The translations under genes and the position numbers were made by a program. Source: Planctomycetota bacterium (GTDB lineage Bacteria; Planctomycetota; PLA2; JAEUHO01). From it: a stretch of DNA of 64,000 bases. The stretch spans positions 64,001-128,000 of the forward strand of contig CBDCTJ010000007.1 of the NCBI GenBank assembly GCA_965222115.1. Reading direction: 5' to 3'. This document shows positions 18,835 to 29,014 of this stretch, piece after piece (the stretch's first letter is position 1; the number at the start of each line of letters is the position of its first letter). Below the pieces are notes generated by a model. The model was not told the origin of the DNA. It searched no databases and worked only from the letters and a program-made list of their open reading frames with translations.

Positions 18835-19248
18835 GTGGCCTTTCATGTTTCTCTACCGGTGCGCTATGGCTCGGTGGATTTTGCGCGCATCGTCTACTAT
18901 CCGCAGTTTCTACATTTCTGCCATATCGCGATGGAGGAACTCTTTGCAGCCGAGGTGGGCATTTCGTATGCCGACGCGCTCATCAAAGAAAACGTGGGCT
19001 ACCCCACGGTGAAGAGCAACGCGGAGTTCATCGCACCGGTGCCCTATGGCACAACGCTCGGCATGTCGGTCCACGTCACGCGCATGGGCAACGCATCGAT
19101 TGACTTTGTCTACGAAGGACGACTCGAAGACGGCACGCTCGCATTTCGCGTTTCAAACACCCAAGTCGCCGTAGACATGAAGGCCTGGGCCAGCGTCCCC
19201 ATCCCCCCCACCCACCGCGCGGCCTTCGAACGTCTCTTGCAACCCTGA
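18835..19248 (+). CDS. Acyl-CoA thioesterase (4-hydroxybenzoyl-CoA thioesterase, hotdog fold)
   Basis: VRYGSVDFARIVYYPQFLHFCH; F.APVPYG; GNASI. GTG start with GAGGAG RBS. Confidence 0.88.
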   Translation: MAFHVSLPVRYGSVDFARIVYYPQFLHFCHIAMEELFAAEVGISYADALIKENVGYPTVKSNAEFIAPVPYGTTLGMSVHVTRMGNASIDFVYEGRLEDGTLAFRVSNTQVAVDMKAWASVPIPPTHRAAFERLLQP

Positions 19249-19251
19249 TTC

Positions 19252-19292
19252 GAATCCCGCAAAAAAGTGCCGGGTGTAAATTTGCGCGATTC
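19252..19292. terminator. Hairpin between convergent genes
   Basis: GAATCCCGCAAA ... TTTGCGCGATTC inverted repeat (1 mismatch) between the thioesterase and methyltransferase stops. Confidence 0.4.
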
Positions 19293-20112
19293 AGGGGCGC
19301 GTGCCCCAGACGGCGAAGAGCAGCCAGCAGCCGTAGCGCGAGGGGTCCTCGACGGCATCGGCGAGGCTATCGAACTTGGCGGCGATGGCTTCGGTGGTTA
19401 TGCCGAGTTGATTGGCTAAGAAGGCGGCATAGCCATCTCGCCAGTAGCGAAACATGGCGGCGAACGTAGCGCGGTCGGTGTTCTCGGTATCTACCGTGAG
19501 GGGACGCACGTGTACATCGGTGTATCCGAGTTCCTTGAGTTCACGCGCAGCGCCACGACCGTGCATGAGCTGCGTGCCCGTGTTCGCAACGGCCGGTGCC
19601 GCATCGTGAAATAACCGCTGGGCGCTTGTGTCAGCAGTATCAATGAGGATGCCTGCGTAGTCCTCGGCCAACACATACAACACGCCGCCGGGATTGAGAA
19701 TGCGTGTTGCTTCGTCGAGTATGACATCGGAGTCACCAATGGCTTGCAACAGGTGCCGAATCACTACGGCATCAAACGACGCATCGGTCCACGGCGCTTG
19801 GCGAGCGTCGCCTTGCACAAACTCGATGCCCAAGTCGCCATAGGCGGCACGTGCGCGGTCAAGATGAGATTCGCAGAGGTCAATGCCCGCGATCTCGAGC
19901 TTGGGCAATGCGTGTTTCAATCGACCACTAAACTCACCCGTACCACATCCCAGGTCGGCAAGACGCGTCGCGCGGTCGATGCCGATGGTCGAGAGCAGCC
20001 TTTTCTCAAGCGGCCAGATCATCTCAATCTGTGTCGCGAGTGTGCCCACCATGGAGTCGTCTTCCATGGCCGGGCGCTGCCCGTAGGTTGCATCGTCGGA
20101 CCGTTGATTCAC
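19291..20112 (-). CDS. Class I SAM-dependent methyltransferase
   Basis: LADLGCGTGE motif I, FVQGDA, SFDAVVIRHLL, RILNPGG. GTGA overlap with the HMG-CoA lyase stop. Confidence 0.9.
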   Translation of the reverse strand: MNQRSDDATYGQRPAMEDDSMVGTLATQIEMIWPLEKRLLSTIGIDRATRLADLGCGTGEFSGRLKHALPKLEIAGIDLCESHLDRARAAYGDLGIEFVQGDARQAPWTDASFDAVVIRHLLQAIGDSDVILDEATRILNPGGVLYVLAEDYAGILIDTADTSAQRLFHDAAPAVANTGTQLMHGRGAARELKELGYTDVHVRPLTVDTENTDRATFAAMFRYWRDGYAAFLANQLGITTEAIAAKFDSLADAVEDPSRYGCWLLFAVWGTRP

Positions 20113-21035
20113 GACTCGCTCGTTGGCGATGTGGGTAGCGGCGGCGCCTGATGCACGCGACTGACCAACGGACGATCGATGGCACGGGCCACGCCGCGCG
20201 ACGCGTCACGTAACGCTTCGAGATCCACACCGTGTGTTAGACCAAGACCATCTAACAGGAATACCAAATCTTCGGTTGCCAAGTTGCCCGACGCGCCCGG
20301 CGCAAACGGACAACCACCAAGCCCTCCTGCGCTTGCGTCAAAGCGCGAAATGCCAAAACGCAACGACGCCGCCACATTGGCAATCGCCATGCCACGCGTG
20401 TCGTGAAAGTGCATAACAAAGTCGGCATCGGGGAAATCGCGAAGCAACACGTCGAGCAGACGCGACACCTCGGCGGGCGTCCCCGCACCAATCGTGTCGC
20501 CAATTGAAAGTTCATCGCACCCCAGCTCAAGGAGTGCATCGCAAACGCGAGACACGGTTTCGGGTGAAATCGGCCCCTCATACGGACAGGCGATGGCGGT
20601 ACTCACGTAGCCACGAACGCGCATCGATGCGTCACGGGCGGCCTTCATGACGGGCTTGAATCGTTCGATCGACTCCTCAATCGTAGCGCCAATGTTCCGC
20701 TGATTGAACGACTCTGACGCGGCGGTGAATACCGCAATCGACGACACGCCGGCCGCAACCGCGCGTTCAAAGCCACGCATGTTGGGCACAAGGGCACTAA
20801 ACGTCACATCATCGGGTGGCGTACCGAGCAGCGCGAAGAGTTCGGCGGCGTCCGCCAACTGCGGAATGCGATCGGGCCGTACAAACGACGATACTTCGAT
20901 TTCGCGCAACCCCGCCTTGATGAGCGCACGTACAAAGCCTGCCTTGGATTCAAGAGGAATGGGCGTGGCCTCGTTTTGCAGCCCGTCGCGCGGTCCCACT
21001 TCGGTTATGCGAATCGCAGGAGATGCGGGCGTCAT
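20109..21035 (-). CDS. liuE: Hydroxymethylglutaryl-CoA lyase
   Basis: EVGPRDGLQNE, SIGDTIG, HFHDTRG, GGLGGCPFAPGASGNLATED. Confidence 0.93.
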   Translation of the reverse strand: MTPASPAIRITEVGPRDGLQNEATPIPLESKAGFVRALIKAGLREIEVSSFVRPDRIPQLADAAELFALLGTPPDDVTFSALVPNMRGFERAVAAGVSSIAVFTAASESFNQRNIGATIEESIERFKPVMKAARDASMRVRGYVSTAIACPYEGPISPETVSRVCDALLELGCDELSIGDTIGAGTPAEVSRLLDVLLRDFPDADFVMHFHDTRGMAIANVAASLRFGISRFDASAGGLGGCPFAPGASGNLATEDLVFLLDGLGLTHGVDLEALRDASRGVARAIDRPLVSRVHQAPPLPTSPTSES

Positions 21036-21565
21036 TTTTCGGCGTCCGTCTCGAAGGTCACAAGCTCAGCGTCCTGTGACACCTGCGCCCCTTCTTGCAC
21101 AGCGACGTGTGCAATCGTTACGTCGCGAGGCGCGCGAACGACGTACTCCATTTTCATGGCTTCCACGACCACGAGCGGAGAACCCTTTGCACACACGTCA
21201 CCGCCGGCGACATGCACTTTGACCACCTTGCCGGTCATGGGGCTGCGGGCAACCGGTTCATCACTACCCGCGTCCGCGCCTTGGCTGCTGGGATCGTGAT
21301 CGGTGATCTCCCACGTATGACCGCCCAGCACCACATACGTTGTTTGGTGATGACGAATTACAACGGCGTGCAGCGTGAAATCGTCCATGCGAATCGCTAT
21401 CCGATTGCGACCGGCGCGCGCCACGTGAGCCTCCACGGGCTTGGATTCCGCTGCGTCGCCATCATCGAGCTTGGTTACAACGCTGGAGATGAGCCCCTCA
21501 CGCAATGTGGCTTCGATCTTGCGAACGACACTGCCGGCACGCACGTGCTTGCGAAGTGACTTCAT
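21032..21565 (-). CDS. Biotin carboxyl carrier subunit (C-terminal half of a split methylcrotonyl-CoA carboxylase alpha chain)
   Basis: SPMTGKVVKV..VVEAMKMEY biotinylation motif; ATGA overlaps at both ends. Confidence 0.88.
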   Translation of the reverse strand: MKSLRKHVRAGSVVRKIEATLREGLISSVVTKLDDGDAAESKPVEAHVARAGRNRIAIRMDDFTLHAVVIRHHQTTYVVLGGHTWEITDHDPSSQGADAGSDEPVARSPMTGKVVKVHVAGGDVCAKGSPLVVVEAMKMEYVVRAPRDVTIAHVAVQEGAQVSQDAELVTFETDAEK

Positions 21566-23097
21566 GCTGAGGTCCCTCCACTGCCCACCCGGAACCCCTG
21601 CGTGGATTCCCAAACCGGGGGTGTGGATGCTGCACCCCGGGTCGAGCGCCGTGCGCTCCCAGTGGTCACCGATCGTCCGGGCAAAAGCTCTTGTGCAACG
21701 GCCGCCAACAACACGATCTCCGTAGGATCGCCCAGCGCGGTGAGCGCCTCGACGTGCGTATCCACCGTGTCAATGTGCATCTCGGCTTGGTGAAATATCG
21801 ACTGCGATAGGAGTGTTCGCAGGAAGACGACATTGTGCCGCACGCCGACAATCGCCGTTTCCCGCAGCGCCAAGTCCAATCGCGCTATCGCCTCTTCACG
21901 CGTTTCTCCGTGGGCGATGACCTTGGCGAGCATCGGATCGTAGTGCGGCGATACCGAGAGACCGGTCGCGATGGCGCTGTCCACGCGTATACCGGGACCC
22001 GAGGGATGTTCGACCAACAAAAGTTCACCCACGCTAGGCAAGAATCCCTGACTCGGATCCTCGGCGTAGACGCGTGCCTCGATGGCGTGGCCGCGCGGCG
22101 TAAACGTTTCCTGCGCTGGTAGGGCCACGCCGGCGGCAATGCGCAACTGCCACGCAACAATGTCTACGCCGTAACACATCTCCGTGACCGGATGCTCCAC
22201 TTGCAGGCGGCGGTTAAGTTCCATGAACCAAAACGCGCCGTCGGGCGCCATCAAGAACTCAACGGTGCCCGCCCCGCGGTACTGAATCGCGCGCGCGGCA
22301 TTGGCGCCGGCTTCATGCAACTTGCGCCGCGTTGCTTCCGAGATCTCCGGTGCTGGACACTCCTCTATCACCTTTTGGTGGCGACGCTGCAGCGAGCAGT
22401 CACGTTCGCCGAGCACCACCACCGCGCCGTGGTTGTCGCAGAGAACTTGCACTTCGACGTGGCGCGCCGGCTGAATGACGCGCTCCAAATACATGCCCGC
22501 GTTACCAAACGCGCCCGCCGCCTCGCGTCGCGCCGACGCCGACGCCTCCACAAGGTCGTCCTCGTGCAACACGAGCCGCATGCCTTTGCCACCGCCGCCC
22601 GCAACCGCTTTGACGAGCAGCGGGTAGCCGGTTTCGGCGGCGGCCTCACGAAGTCGGTCGGGATGATCTTCGACAAGGTCAAGCGGACCGGGAATGGTTG
22701 GCACGCCACCGGCAGCCATCCGTCGCTTCACAACGAGTTTGTCACCCGAGCCCTCAAGCACGTCGGCAGGTGGGCCCACAAAGGTCACGCCGGCCGCCGC
22801 ACACCGCGTGGCCAACATCGGGTTCTCAGAAAGAAAGCCGTAGCCGGGGTGCAAAGCATCGGCGCCCGTCTCTTCGCAGGCTTCCATCAATCGATCGACA
22901 TTGAGATAGGACGCCGTGGCTTCGGCGGGTCCCAACAAAACGGACTCATCGGCTTCAAGGACGTGCAGCGCGTCGCGGTCGGCTTCGCTGCACACCGCAA
23001 CGGTCTGAATGCCAAGGGCGCGACACGTCTTAATGATCCGGCGCGCGATTTCACCTCGATTGGCGATGAGAACTTTCTGGAAGAGCGGCGCGGTCAT
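21562..23097 (-). CDS. Biotin carboxylase subunit of an acyl-CoA carboxylase (LiuD-like, no BCCP domain)
   Basis: KVLIANRGEIA, HPGYGFLSEN, GGGGKGMR, ERDCSLQRRHQK, RLQVEHPVTE, YDPMLAK. Confidence 0.93.
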   Translation of the reverse strand: MTAPLFQKVLIANRGEIARRIIKTCRALGIQTVAVCSEADRDALHVLEADESVLLGPAEATASYLNVDRLMEACEETGADALHPGYGFLSENPMLATRCAAAGVTFVGPPADVLEGSGDKLVVKRRMAAGGVPTIPGPLDLVEDHPDRLREAAAETGYPLLVKAVAGGGGKGMRLVLHEDDLVEASASARREAAGAFGNAGMYLERVIQPARHVEVQVLCDNHGAVVVLGERDCSLQRRHQKVIEECPAPEISEATRRKLHEAGANAARAIQYRGAGTVEFLMAPDGAFWFMELNRRLQVEHPVTEMCYGVDIVAWQLRIAAGVALPAQETFTPRGHAIEARVYAEDPSQGFLPSVGELLLVEHPSGPGIRVDSAIATGLSVSPHYDPMLAKVIAHGETREEAIARLDLALRETAIVGVRHNVVFLRTLLSQSIFHQAEMHIDTVDTHVEALTALGDPTEIVLLAAVAQELLPGRSVTTGSARRSTRGAASTPPVWESTQGFRVGSGGTSA

Positions 23098-23903
23098 GAG
23101 CTCGCCTCCGATTCCTTCGGTGTGGCCCACGGCGGTGGCGTCTTGGCTAAGAACGCAGCCGTCCCTGCTCGCCCATCGTCACTGCCACGCGCATCGACGA
23201 TTCCGTCACAGGCAATGCGACCGCGTTGATCGGGAATCGCATCCACTATATCGAGAACGAGCTTCTTTGCGGCGCGCACGGCTTGGGGGGACCCGCGAGC
23301 AATGCGGGAAACAACGCGTGCGACGGCCGACAACAGTTCTTCCGGCGCCACCACAATGTGAACCAAGCCAAGTGCGGCCGCGCGTTCAGCGCCGAAGCGT
23401 TCACCGGTAACGAACAAGTGCCGCGCGTGACTTGCACCGATTTTCGCAATCACGTAAGGACTGATGACACCGGGAACCAGACCCAATCGAACTTCTGGAA
23501 AACCGATCTTTGCTTCAGTGGACGCTACGACGATATCGGCCACGGCCACAAGGCCCGCACCGCCGCCAAGCGCGGGACCCTGTACACGCGCCACCACCGG
23601 ATGGGGACAACGATTGATCGCATCAAAGGCGCGTTGAAACGCCTCTGCATCGGCCAAGTTTTCTTCGCGCGAGTAGGCCGCCACGCGCTTCATCCAGCCA
23701 ATGTCGCCACCGGCACAAAATGAGGATCCCTTGCCCGCGAGGACCACGGCACGAAGCGTGAGGTCGGCTGCGAGTTCCGCAAACACGTCGCATAGACGCG
23801 TGGCAAGCACGTCGTCAAACGCATTGCGCTTGTCGGGGCGGTTGAGCCAAACGGTCGCTACATCGCCGTCGCGCTCCACCAGCACATCGTTGGCACGACT
23901 CAT
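23094..23903 (-). CDS. liuC: Enoyl-CoA hydratase, likely methylglutaconyl-CoA hydratase
   Basis: LNRPDKRNAF, FCAGGDIGWM, ALGGGAGL, PEVRLGLVPGVISPYV; operon context. Confidence 0.82.
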   Translation of the reverse strand: MSRANDVLVERDGDVATVWLNRPDKRNAFDDVLATRLCDVFAELAADLTLRAVVLAGKGSSFCAGGDIGWMKRVAAYSREENLADAEAFQRAFDAINRCPHPVVARVQGPALGGGAGLVAVADIVVASTEAKIGFPEVRLGLVPGVISPYVIAKIGASHARHLFVTGERFGAERAAALGLVHIVVAPEELLSAVARVVSRIARGSPQAVRAAKKLVLDIVDAIPDQRGRIACDGIVDARGSDDGRAGTAAFLAKTPPPWATPKESEASS

Positions 23904-23905
23904 GG

Positions 23906-25516
23906 CTACATCCGATACACCGGCGCGCGGGCCGGCGGCAGCGGGGCATTGAGCGTGGCGGCCAATGCGAGACCTAGCACATCTCGCGTTTCGCCGGGCT
24001 CAATCACGCCGTCGTCCCATATGCGCGCACTGCCATAGATTGGATGGCCTTCGCGTTCGTACTTCTCAAGAATGGGCGCTGTGAGCTCGTGTTCCTCATC
24101 GGCGGTGAGTGGTTGTTCGTTCTCGTACTCCCGCTGCATGCGCTTCACGGTGAGCAAGACCTCGGCAGCCTGACGTCCACCCATGACGCTGATGCGCGCG
24201 TTGGGCCACGTAAACAGAAAGCGCGCGTCGTAAGCACGGCCGCACATGCCGTAGTTGCCGGCACCAAAGGACGCGCCGATCACAACCGTAATCTTGGGCA
24301 CAGGCACGGTGGCCACCGCTTGCACCATTTTCGCACCGTCGCGGGCAATGCCGGCACGCTCGGCCTCACTACCCACCATAAACCCCGTAACGTTTTGCAG
24401 AAACACGAGGGGCACACCGCGCTGACCACACAGTTGAACGAAGTGGGCACCTTTTTGCGCACTCGTACTAAACAACACGCCGTTGTTGGCCACAATGCCA
24501 ACCAACATGCCGTGAATGCGGGCAAAACCTGTCACCAAGGTGGTGCCATACCGCTTCTTAAACTCTTGGAAACGGCTGCCATCCACAAGACGCGCAATCA
24601 CTTCACGCACGTCAAAGGGCTTGCTTACGTCCTTGGGCACAATGTCGAGTAGTTCGGACGGATCGAATAGGGGTAGTTCGGGGTCCGCGATGTCAGTAGG
24701 ACGAAGTGGGTCGCGATTCAACGTACTGAGAATCGAGCGTGCTTGGCGCAACGCATCGTGATCGTCTTTGGCGTAGTGATCGGCCACACCGCTTATGCGC
24801 GTGTGGACATCGGCACCGCCCAAATCTTCGGCCGACACATCTTCGCCCGTTGCGGCCTTCACCAGTGGTGGACCGGCCAAAAAGATGGTCCCGGTTCCCT
24901 TCACAATGACGGCTTCGTCACTCATGGCAGGCACGTAGGCACCGCCCGCCGTACAACTGCCCATCACGACGGCGATCTGCGGCACCTTCGCTGCCGACAG
25001 CACGGCTTGGTTTCGAAAGATGCGCCCAAAGTGGTACTTGTCGGGAAACACGTCGGCTTGAAGCGGCAAGAATGCACCGCCAGAATCCACGAGGTAGACC
25101 GTGGGCAAGCGATTCTCAATAGCGATCTCTTGCGCGCGGACGTGTTTCTTCACGGTCAACGGGAAATAGGTACCGCCCTTTACGGTGGCGTCGTTGGCAA
25201 CCACCATGACGGCGCGACCGTGTACGAGACCAATGCCGGTAATGACACCCGCTGCAGGGACGCGCGCGTCGTACACGTCGTGTGCGGCGAGGGGCGAGAG
25301 TTCCAAAAAGGGGCTGCCGGGATCCAGGAGCAGGTCGATACGGTCACGCACGAAGAGCTTGCCGCGCTTCGTGTGTTTCGCGCGAGCACGCTCGCTGCCA
25401 CCCGTGCGAATATCGGCCAGGCGAGCCCGAAGCTCACCGATGGCGGCCTGATGAAAGGATCGGCGCGCCGATTCGCCGGCGGGAGGCGCTACGTAGTCGC
25501 TCGACAGTGCCTCCAA
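23906..25516 (-). CDS. liuB: Methylcrotonyl-CoA carboxylase carboxyltransferase (beta) subunit
   Basis: [79 protein letters not shown] start at 25516 with GGAG RBS (ATG 25579 is the alternative). Confidence 0.92.
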   Translation of the reverse strand: MEALSSDYVAPPAGESARRSFHQAAIGELRARLADIRTGGSERARAKHTKRGKLFVRDRIDLLLDPGSPFLELSPLAAHDVYDARVPAAGVITGIGLVHGRAVMVVANDATVKGGTYFPLTVKKHVRAQEIAIENRLPTVYLVDSGGAFLPLQADVFPDKYHFGRIFRNQAVLSAAKVPQIAVVMGSCTAGGAYVPAMSDEAVIVKGTGTIFLAGPPLVKAATGEDVSAEDLGGADVHTRISGVADHYAKDDHDALRQARSILSTLNRDPLRPTDIADPELPLFDPSELLDIVPKDVSKPFDVREVIARLVDGSRFQEFKKRYGTTLVTGFARIHGMLVGIVANNGVLFSTSAQKGAHFVQLCGQRGVPLVFLQNVTGFMVGSEAERAGIARDGAKMVQAVATVPVPKITVVIGASFGAGNYGMCGRAYDARFLFTWPNARISVMGGRQAAEVLLTVKRMQREYENEQPLTADEEHELTAPILEKYEREGHPIYGSARIWDDGVIEPGETRDVLGLALAATLNAPLPPARAPVYRM

Positions 25517-25611
25517 GGGCCGTCTCCAAAAAATGTTTCGCGGACCCCGATGGGGCACTGCGGATGGGACGCGGCTCATGGTAACCAGGGGGCGAGTTCC
25601 ACGCGTGAAAC

Positions 25612-26421
25612 GTGACGACCCCCATCGGCATCACGCCAAGTGAAAGTGCCTCCCGCATGACCACCGAAGAGCCATTTGAAACTCCGAAAGGCGCCGTCGC
25701 CGTCGTGTTAGGTGGCGGTGGTGGTGTAGGCGGCGCTGTAGCGCGCGCGCTCCACGCACGTGGCGTGACACCGGTGCTTGTGGGCCGCACCGAGGATCGA
25801 TTGGCCGTGGCTGCACGAACGGTCGAAGGCGGGCTCCCCTTTCACGTGGCCGACATCACAAGTCGGCGAGACATGCGCGACGTAATTCGGACAGTTACCG
25901 ATACATCGGGACCTCCACTCCTATTGATCAATGCGGCGGGCACCGCGCGCTCGTCCCCGTTGCTGCCTCCCGACGACGATCTATGGCATATGACGCTTGC
26001 GGTAAACGTGACCGGTCCGTGGCATGCGGCTACGGAGTGTTTGCCGCACATGAAAGAAGCTGACTGGGGCTTTATCTGCAACGTCGCTTCCACTGCGGGG
26101 CTGGAGGGATATCGCTACACGGCGGCCTATGTGGCGAGCAAACATGCACTCGTTGGTTTGACGCGCGCCATGGCCGCGGATCTTGAGCGCACCAACATTC
26201 GCGTGACCGCCATCTGCCCAGGCTTTCTCGATACCGCCATGACCGATCGCACGGTCGCGCACATGATGCAGAAGACCGGGATGACCGAGGTCGAAGCACG
26301 AACTTCGCTTTCCGAGATGAATGCATCCAAGCGATTGATTCATCCTGAAGAAGTTGCCGCCGCCGTATTGCAACTTTTGGAACCGGGCGGGCGCAATGGC
26401 GCTGTTGTACGGATTGAGTAG
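25612..26421 (+). CDS. SDR family oxidoreductase
   Basis: GGGGGVG nucleotide-binding loop, INAAG, NVASTAG, YVASKHA, CPGFLDT. Alternative ATG at 25657. Confidence 0.9.
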   Translation: MTTPIGITPSESASRMTTEEPFETPKGAVAVVLGGGGGVGGAVARALHARGVTPVLVGRTEDRLAVAARTVEGGLPFHVADITSRRDMRDVIRTVTDTSGPPLLLINAAGTARSSPLLPPDDDLWHMTLAVNVTGPWHAATECLPHMKEADWGFICNVASTAGLEGYRYTAAYVASKHALVGLTRAMAADLERTNIRVTAICPGFLDTAMTDRTVAHMMQKTGMTEVEARTSLSEMNASKRLIHPEEVAAAVLQLLEPGGRNGAVVRIE

Positions 26422-26490
26422 TCAACGCGGCGACAGGGACGCTTCGCAGCCGTACACTTACGCGGCACTGAATGCGCGCGTGGAGACCCC

Positions 26491-27285
26491 ATGAGTGAAC
26501 GACCCTTTGGCTACGACGTAGAGGGCCACGTCGCCGTTCTCACGTTGCGACGCCCCGAGCGCATGAACGCGCTTACGTTCGAGGTTTACCGCACGCTGGC
26601 CGACACGCTCTATCAGCTTCGCAGCGAGGAATCCATCCGCGCTGTGGTGATCGCAGGCGAAGGCAAGGGCTTTTGCGGCGGTGGCGACGTCGATGAGATC
26701 ATTGGTGAACTCTTTCAGCAGGATTCGCACGACGTCCTCAAGTTCACACGCATGACCGGCGAGTTGATCGAAAACATTCGTCGCCTGGATCGTCCAGTCG
26801 TTGCTGCAGTTCACGGGACCGCCGCAGGCGCTGGCGCGGTCATCGCGCTGGCGTGTGACTTACGCGTCATGGCGGATACTGCCAAGATTCATTTTTTGTT
26901 TTGCAAAGTTGGTCTTACAGGCGCCGACATGGGCGCTGCATGGCTCTTGCCGCGCGTGGTGGGCCTTGGGAAGGCAAGCGAGTGGCTCTTGCTCGGCGAC
27001 GGCGTGGATGCCGAAGAGGCCATACAGAGTGGACTCGCCACGCGGGTTACCTCGCGTGAAAACGTGCTCGACGAAGCAAAGGCGCTTGCCAAACGCTTGG
27101 CAGACGGTCCCACCATGGCCCACGCCATGACCAAACGGCTTCTCAACTCGGAAGCAAGCATGGACCTTAGCGCGGGCATAGAAATGGAAGCCGTGGCGCA
27201 GGCCTTGCTACTGCGCGCCAAGGATCACAAGAACTTCTACGACGCATACAAGCAAAAGCAGCAGCCCACTTTTGAAGGGCGTTAG
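26491..27285 (+). CDS. Enoyl-CoA hydratase family protein (AbmC-like)
   Basis: RPERMNALTFEVY, FCGGGDVDEIIG, FTRMTG, AAGAGAV, VGLTGADMGA, FEGR. Confidence 0.88.
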   Translation: MSERPFGYDVEGHVAVLTLRRPERMNALTFEVYRTLADTLYQLRSEESIRAVVIAGEGKGFCGGGDVDEIIGELFQQDSHDVLKFTRMTGELIENIRRLDRPVVAAVHGTAAGAGAVIALACDLRVMADTAKIHFLFCKVGLTGADMGAAWLLPRVVGLGKASEWLLLGDGVDAEEAIQSGLATRVTSRENVLDEAKALAKRLADGPTMAHAMTKRLLNSEASMDLSAGIEMEAVAQALLLRAKDHKNFYDAYKQKQQPTFEGR

Positions 27286-27288
27286 CCC

Positions 27289-28485
27289 ATGAATGACTCG
27301 CGCCTCGAAACGTACGCACGTCGCTACAACATCGCAAAGGACGATGCAACGTGGCAACAAACGGCTGCGACGTTTGCGCGTGATGTGTTGGGCGACCGCG
27401 TGCGCGCGGCCGACCGTGAGGGCTCGTTTCCACGTGATTGGATCCCAACACTCGGTTCCCTCGGCCTGATAGGCGCGTCACTCGTCAAGGAACGGGGTGG
27501 CGGCGGGGCCTCGCCGCTTGCCGATTGTTTGATCGCGGAAGAGATAGGCGCTGTATGTGGAAGCGTGCGCGGGTTTTTGGCCGTTCAAGGAGGCTTAGTC
27601 ATTGAGCCCATCGCCCACGACGCACCCGATGCCGTAAGGCAGCGCTGGTTGTCACCACTCATTGAGGGCAAGGCGATTGGCGCCTTCGCATTGACCGAGG
27701 CCGAGGCGGGTAGTGACGTTGGCGCAATTCGAACCCGTGCAACACGCGATGGGGATACGGTCCTATTGAACGGCGAGAAGATTTGGATCACCAACGGGGG
27801 CATCGCCGACGTGATGCTGGTGTTTGCAACGGTGGAGCCGAAGCGCCGAACCAAGGGCCTTGAATGTTACGCCGTTCCTGCCGACACACCCGGCATCACC
27901 CGCGCACCCGTTGACGGCCGAGAACTCGGTCATCGCGCTTCCGACCACGCGCGCATTCGCTTTGACGATGTACGCGTGCCCTTGGCCAACCGCGTGGGTC
28001 CGTCACGAGGCGGCTTCGAAGTTGCCATGCGCGGCCTTCGCAAGGGTCGCCTAAACGTGGCGGCGGGTGCCGTGGGCATTCAGCGCGCCTGTCTTGACCA
28101 CGCATTGGCGCACGCACGTACTCGGCGTCAGTTTGGCAAGCGGCTTGGTGATTTTCAGCAAGTGGGCGCCGCGCTGGCCGACATGCACGTGGCCTTGGAG
28201 GCGAGCCGCCAGTTGGTTCACCACGCAGCGTCCTTGCGCGCACGGGGCGAGAACGATGCGGCCGCGGTAAGCAGTGCCAAGTTATTCGCCACGGAAGCTG
28301 CCGTGAAAGCCGCCACCACGTCGTTACAACTTCACGGCAATCGCGGCTACACGGATGCTCTGCCCATCGAGCGGCACTACCGCGACGCCATTGCCCTCAC
28401 GATTTACGAAGGGTCGAGTCATATCCAACGCGTCATCCTCGCCCGGACACTGTTGGGACGCGACAAGCCGCCTTCGAAGCACTAG
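27289..28485 (+). CDS. Acyl-CoA dehydrogenase
   Basis: FALTEAEAGSD, LNGEKIWITNG, RRQFGK, AKLFATE, QLHGNRGY, IYEGSSHIQR. Confidence 0.93.
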   Translation: MNDSRLETYARRYNIAKDDATWQQTAATFARDVLGDRVRAADREGSFPRDWIPTLGSLGLIGASLVKERGGGGASPLADCLIAEEIGAVCGSVRGFLAVQGGLVIEPIAHDAPDAVRQRWLSPLIEGKAIGAFALTEAEAGSDVGAIRTRATRDGDTVLLNGEKIWITNGGIADVMLVFATVEPKRRTKGLECYAVPADTPGITRAPVDGRELGHRASDHARIRFDDVRVPLANRVGPSRGGFEVAMRGLRKGRLNVAAGAVGIQRACLDHALAHARTRRQFGKRLGDFQQVGAALADMHVALEASRQLVHHAASLRARGENDAAAVSSAKLFATEAAVKAATTSLQLHGNRGYTDALPIERHYRDAIALTIYEGSSHIQRVILARTLLGRDKPPSKH

Positions 28486-28496
28486 CACGTAGAAAG

Positions 28497-28955
28497 TTGA
28501 ACGTTATGCCGGAAGACTCGAAATCAGGCGCACAAGGCAGCGACAGCACGCCATGGCGCGTCGTCAATCCACCGTCACTCGCCGACCCAATCGGGTACGC
28601 ACACGCGATTGCGTCACGCGGCGGCACACGCATTGCGCTCGCGGGACAGACGGCCATGAACAAGGCGGGCGCCATTCAACATCGCGGCGACTTGCCCGCG
28701 CAATGCGGACTGTGTTTCGATCACTTGTTGGCGGTGTTGCACGAAGCCGGTGGGCATCCCCACCATCTCGTTCGGATGCGAATGTTCGTTCTGGACGCCG
28801 ACGACTACGCATCCAACGCGAAAGTGATCGGCGCGGCATACCGCAAGCGATTCGGCAAGTGGTTTCCGGCCATGACGTTGGTACAGGTGGCACGGCTGTA
28901 CGACCCGCATGCCCTGATCGAAATCGAGGCCGAGGCAGTCATCCCAGATCAATAG
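28497..28955 (+). CDS. RidA/YjgF family protein (AbmF-like)
   Basis: NPPSLADPIGYAH, LAGQT, FGKWFPAMTLVQV, LIEIEAEA. Alternative ATG at 28506. Confidence 0.9.
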   Translation: MNVMPEDSKSGAQGSDSTPWRVVNPPSLADPIGYAHAIASRGGTRIALAGQTAMNKAGAIQHRGDLPAQCGLCFDHLLAVLHEAGGHPHHLVRMRMFVLDADDYASNAKVIGAAYRKRFGKWFPAMTLVQVARLYDPHALIEIEAEAVIPDQ

Positions 28956-29014
28956 CAGATCACGGGCACCGATTTCGTGGCGCGGGGTGTGGCCCGAGCG
29001 TTACAACGTCGCGC

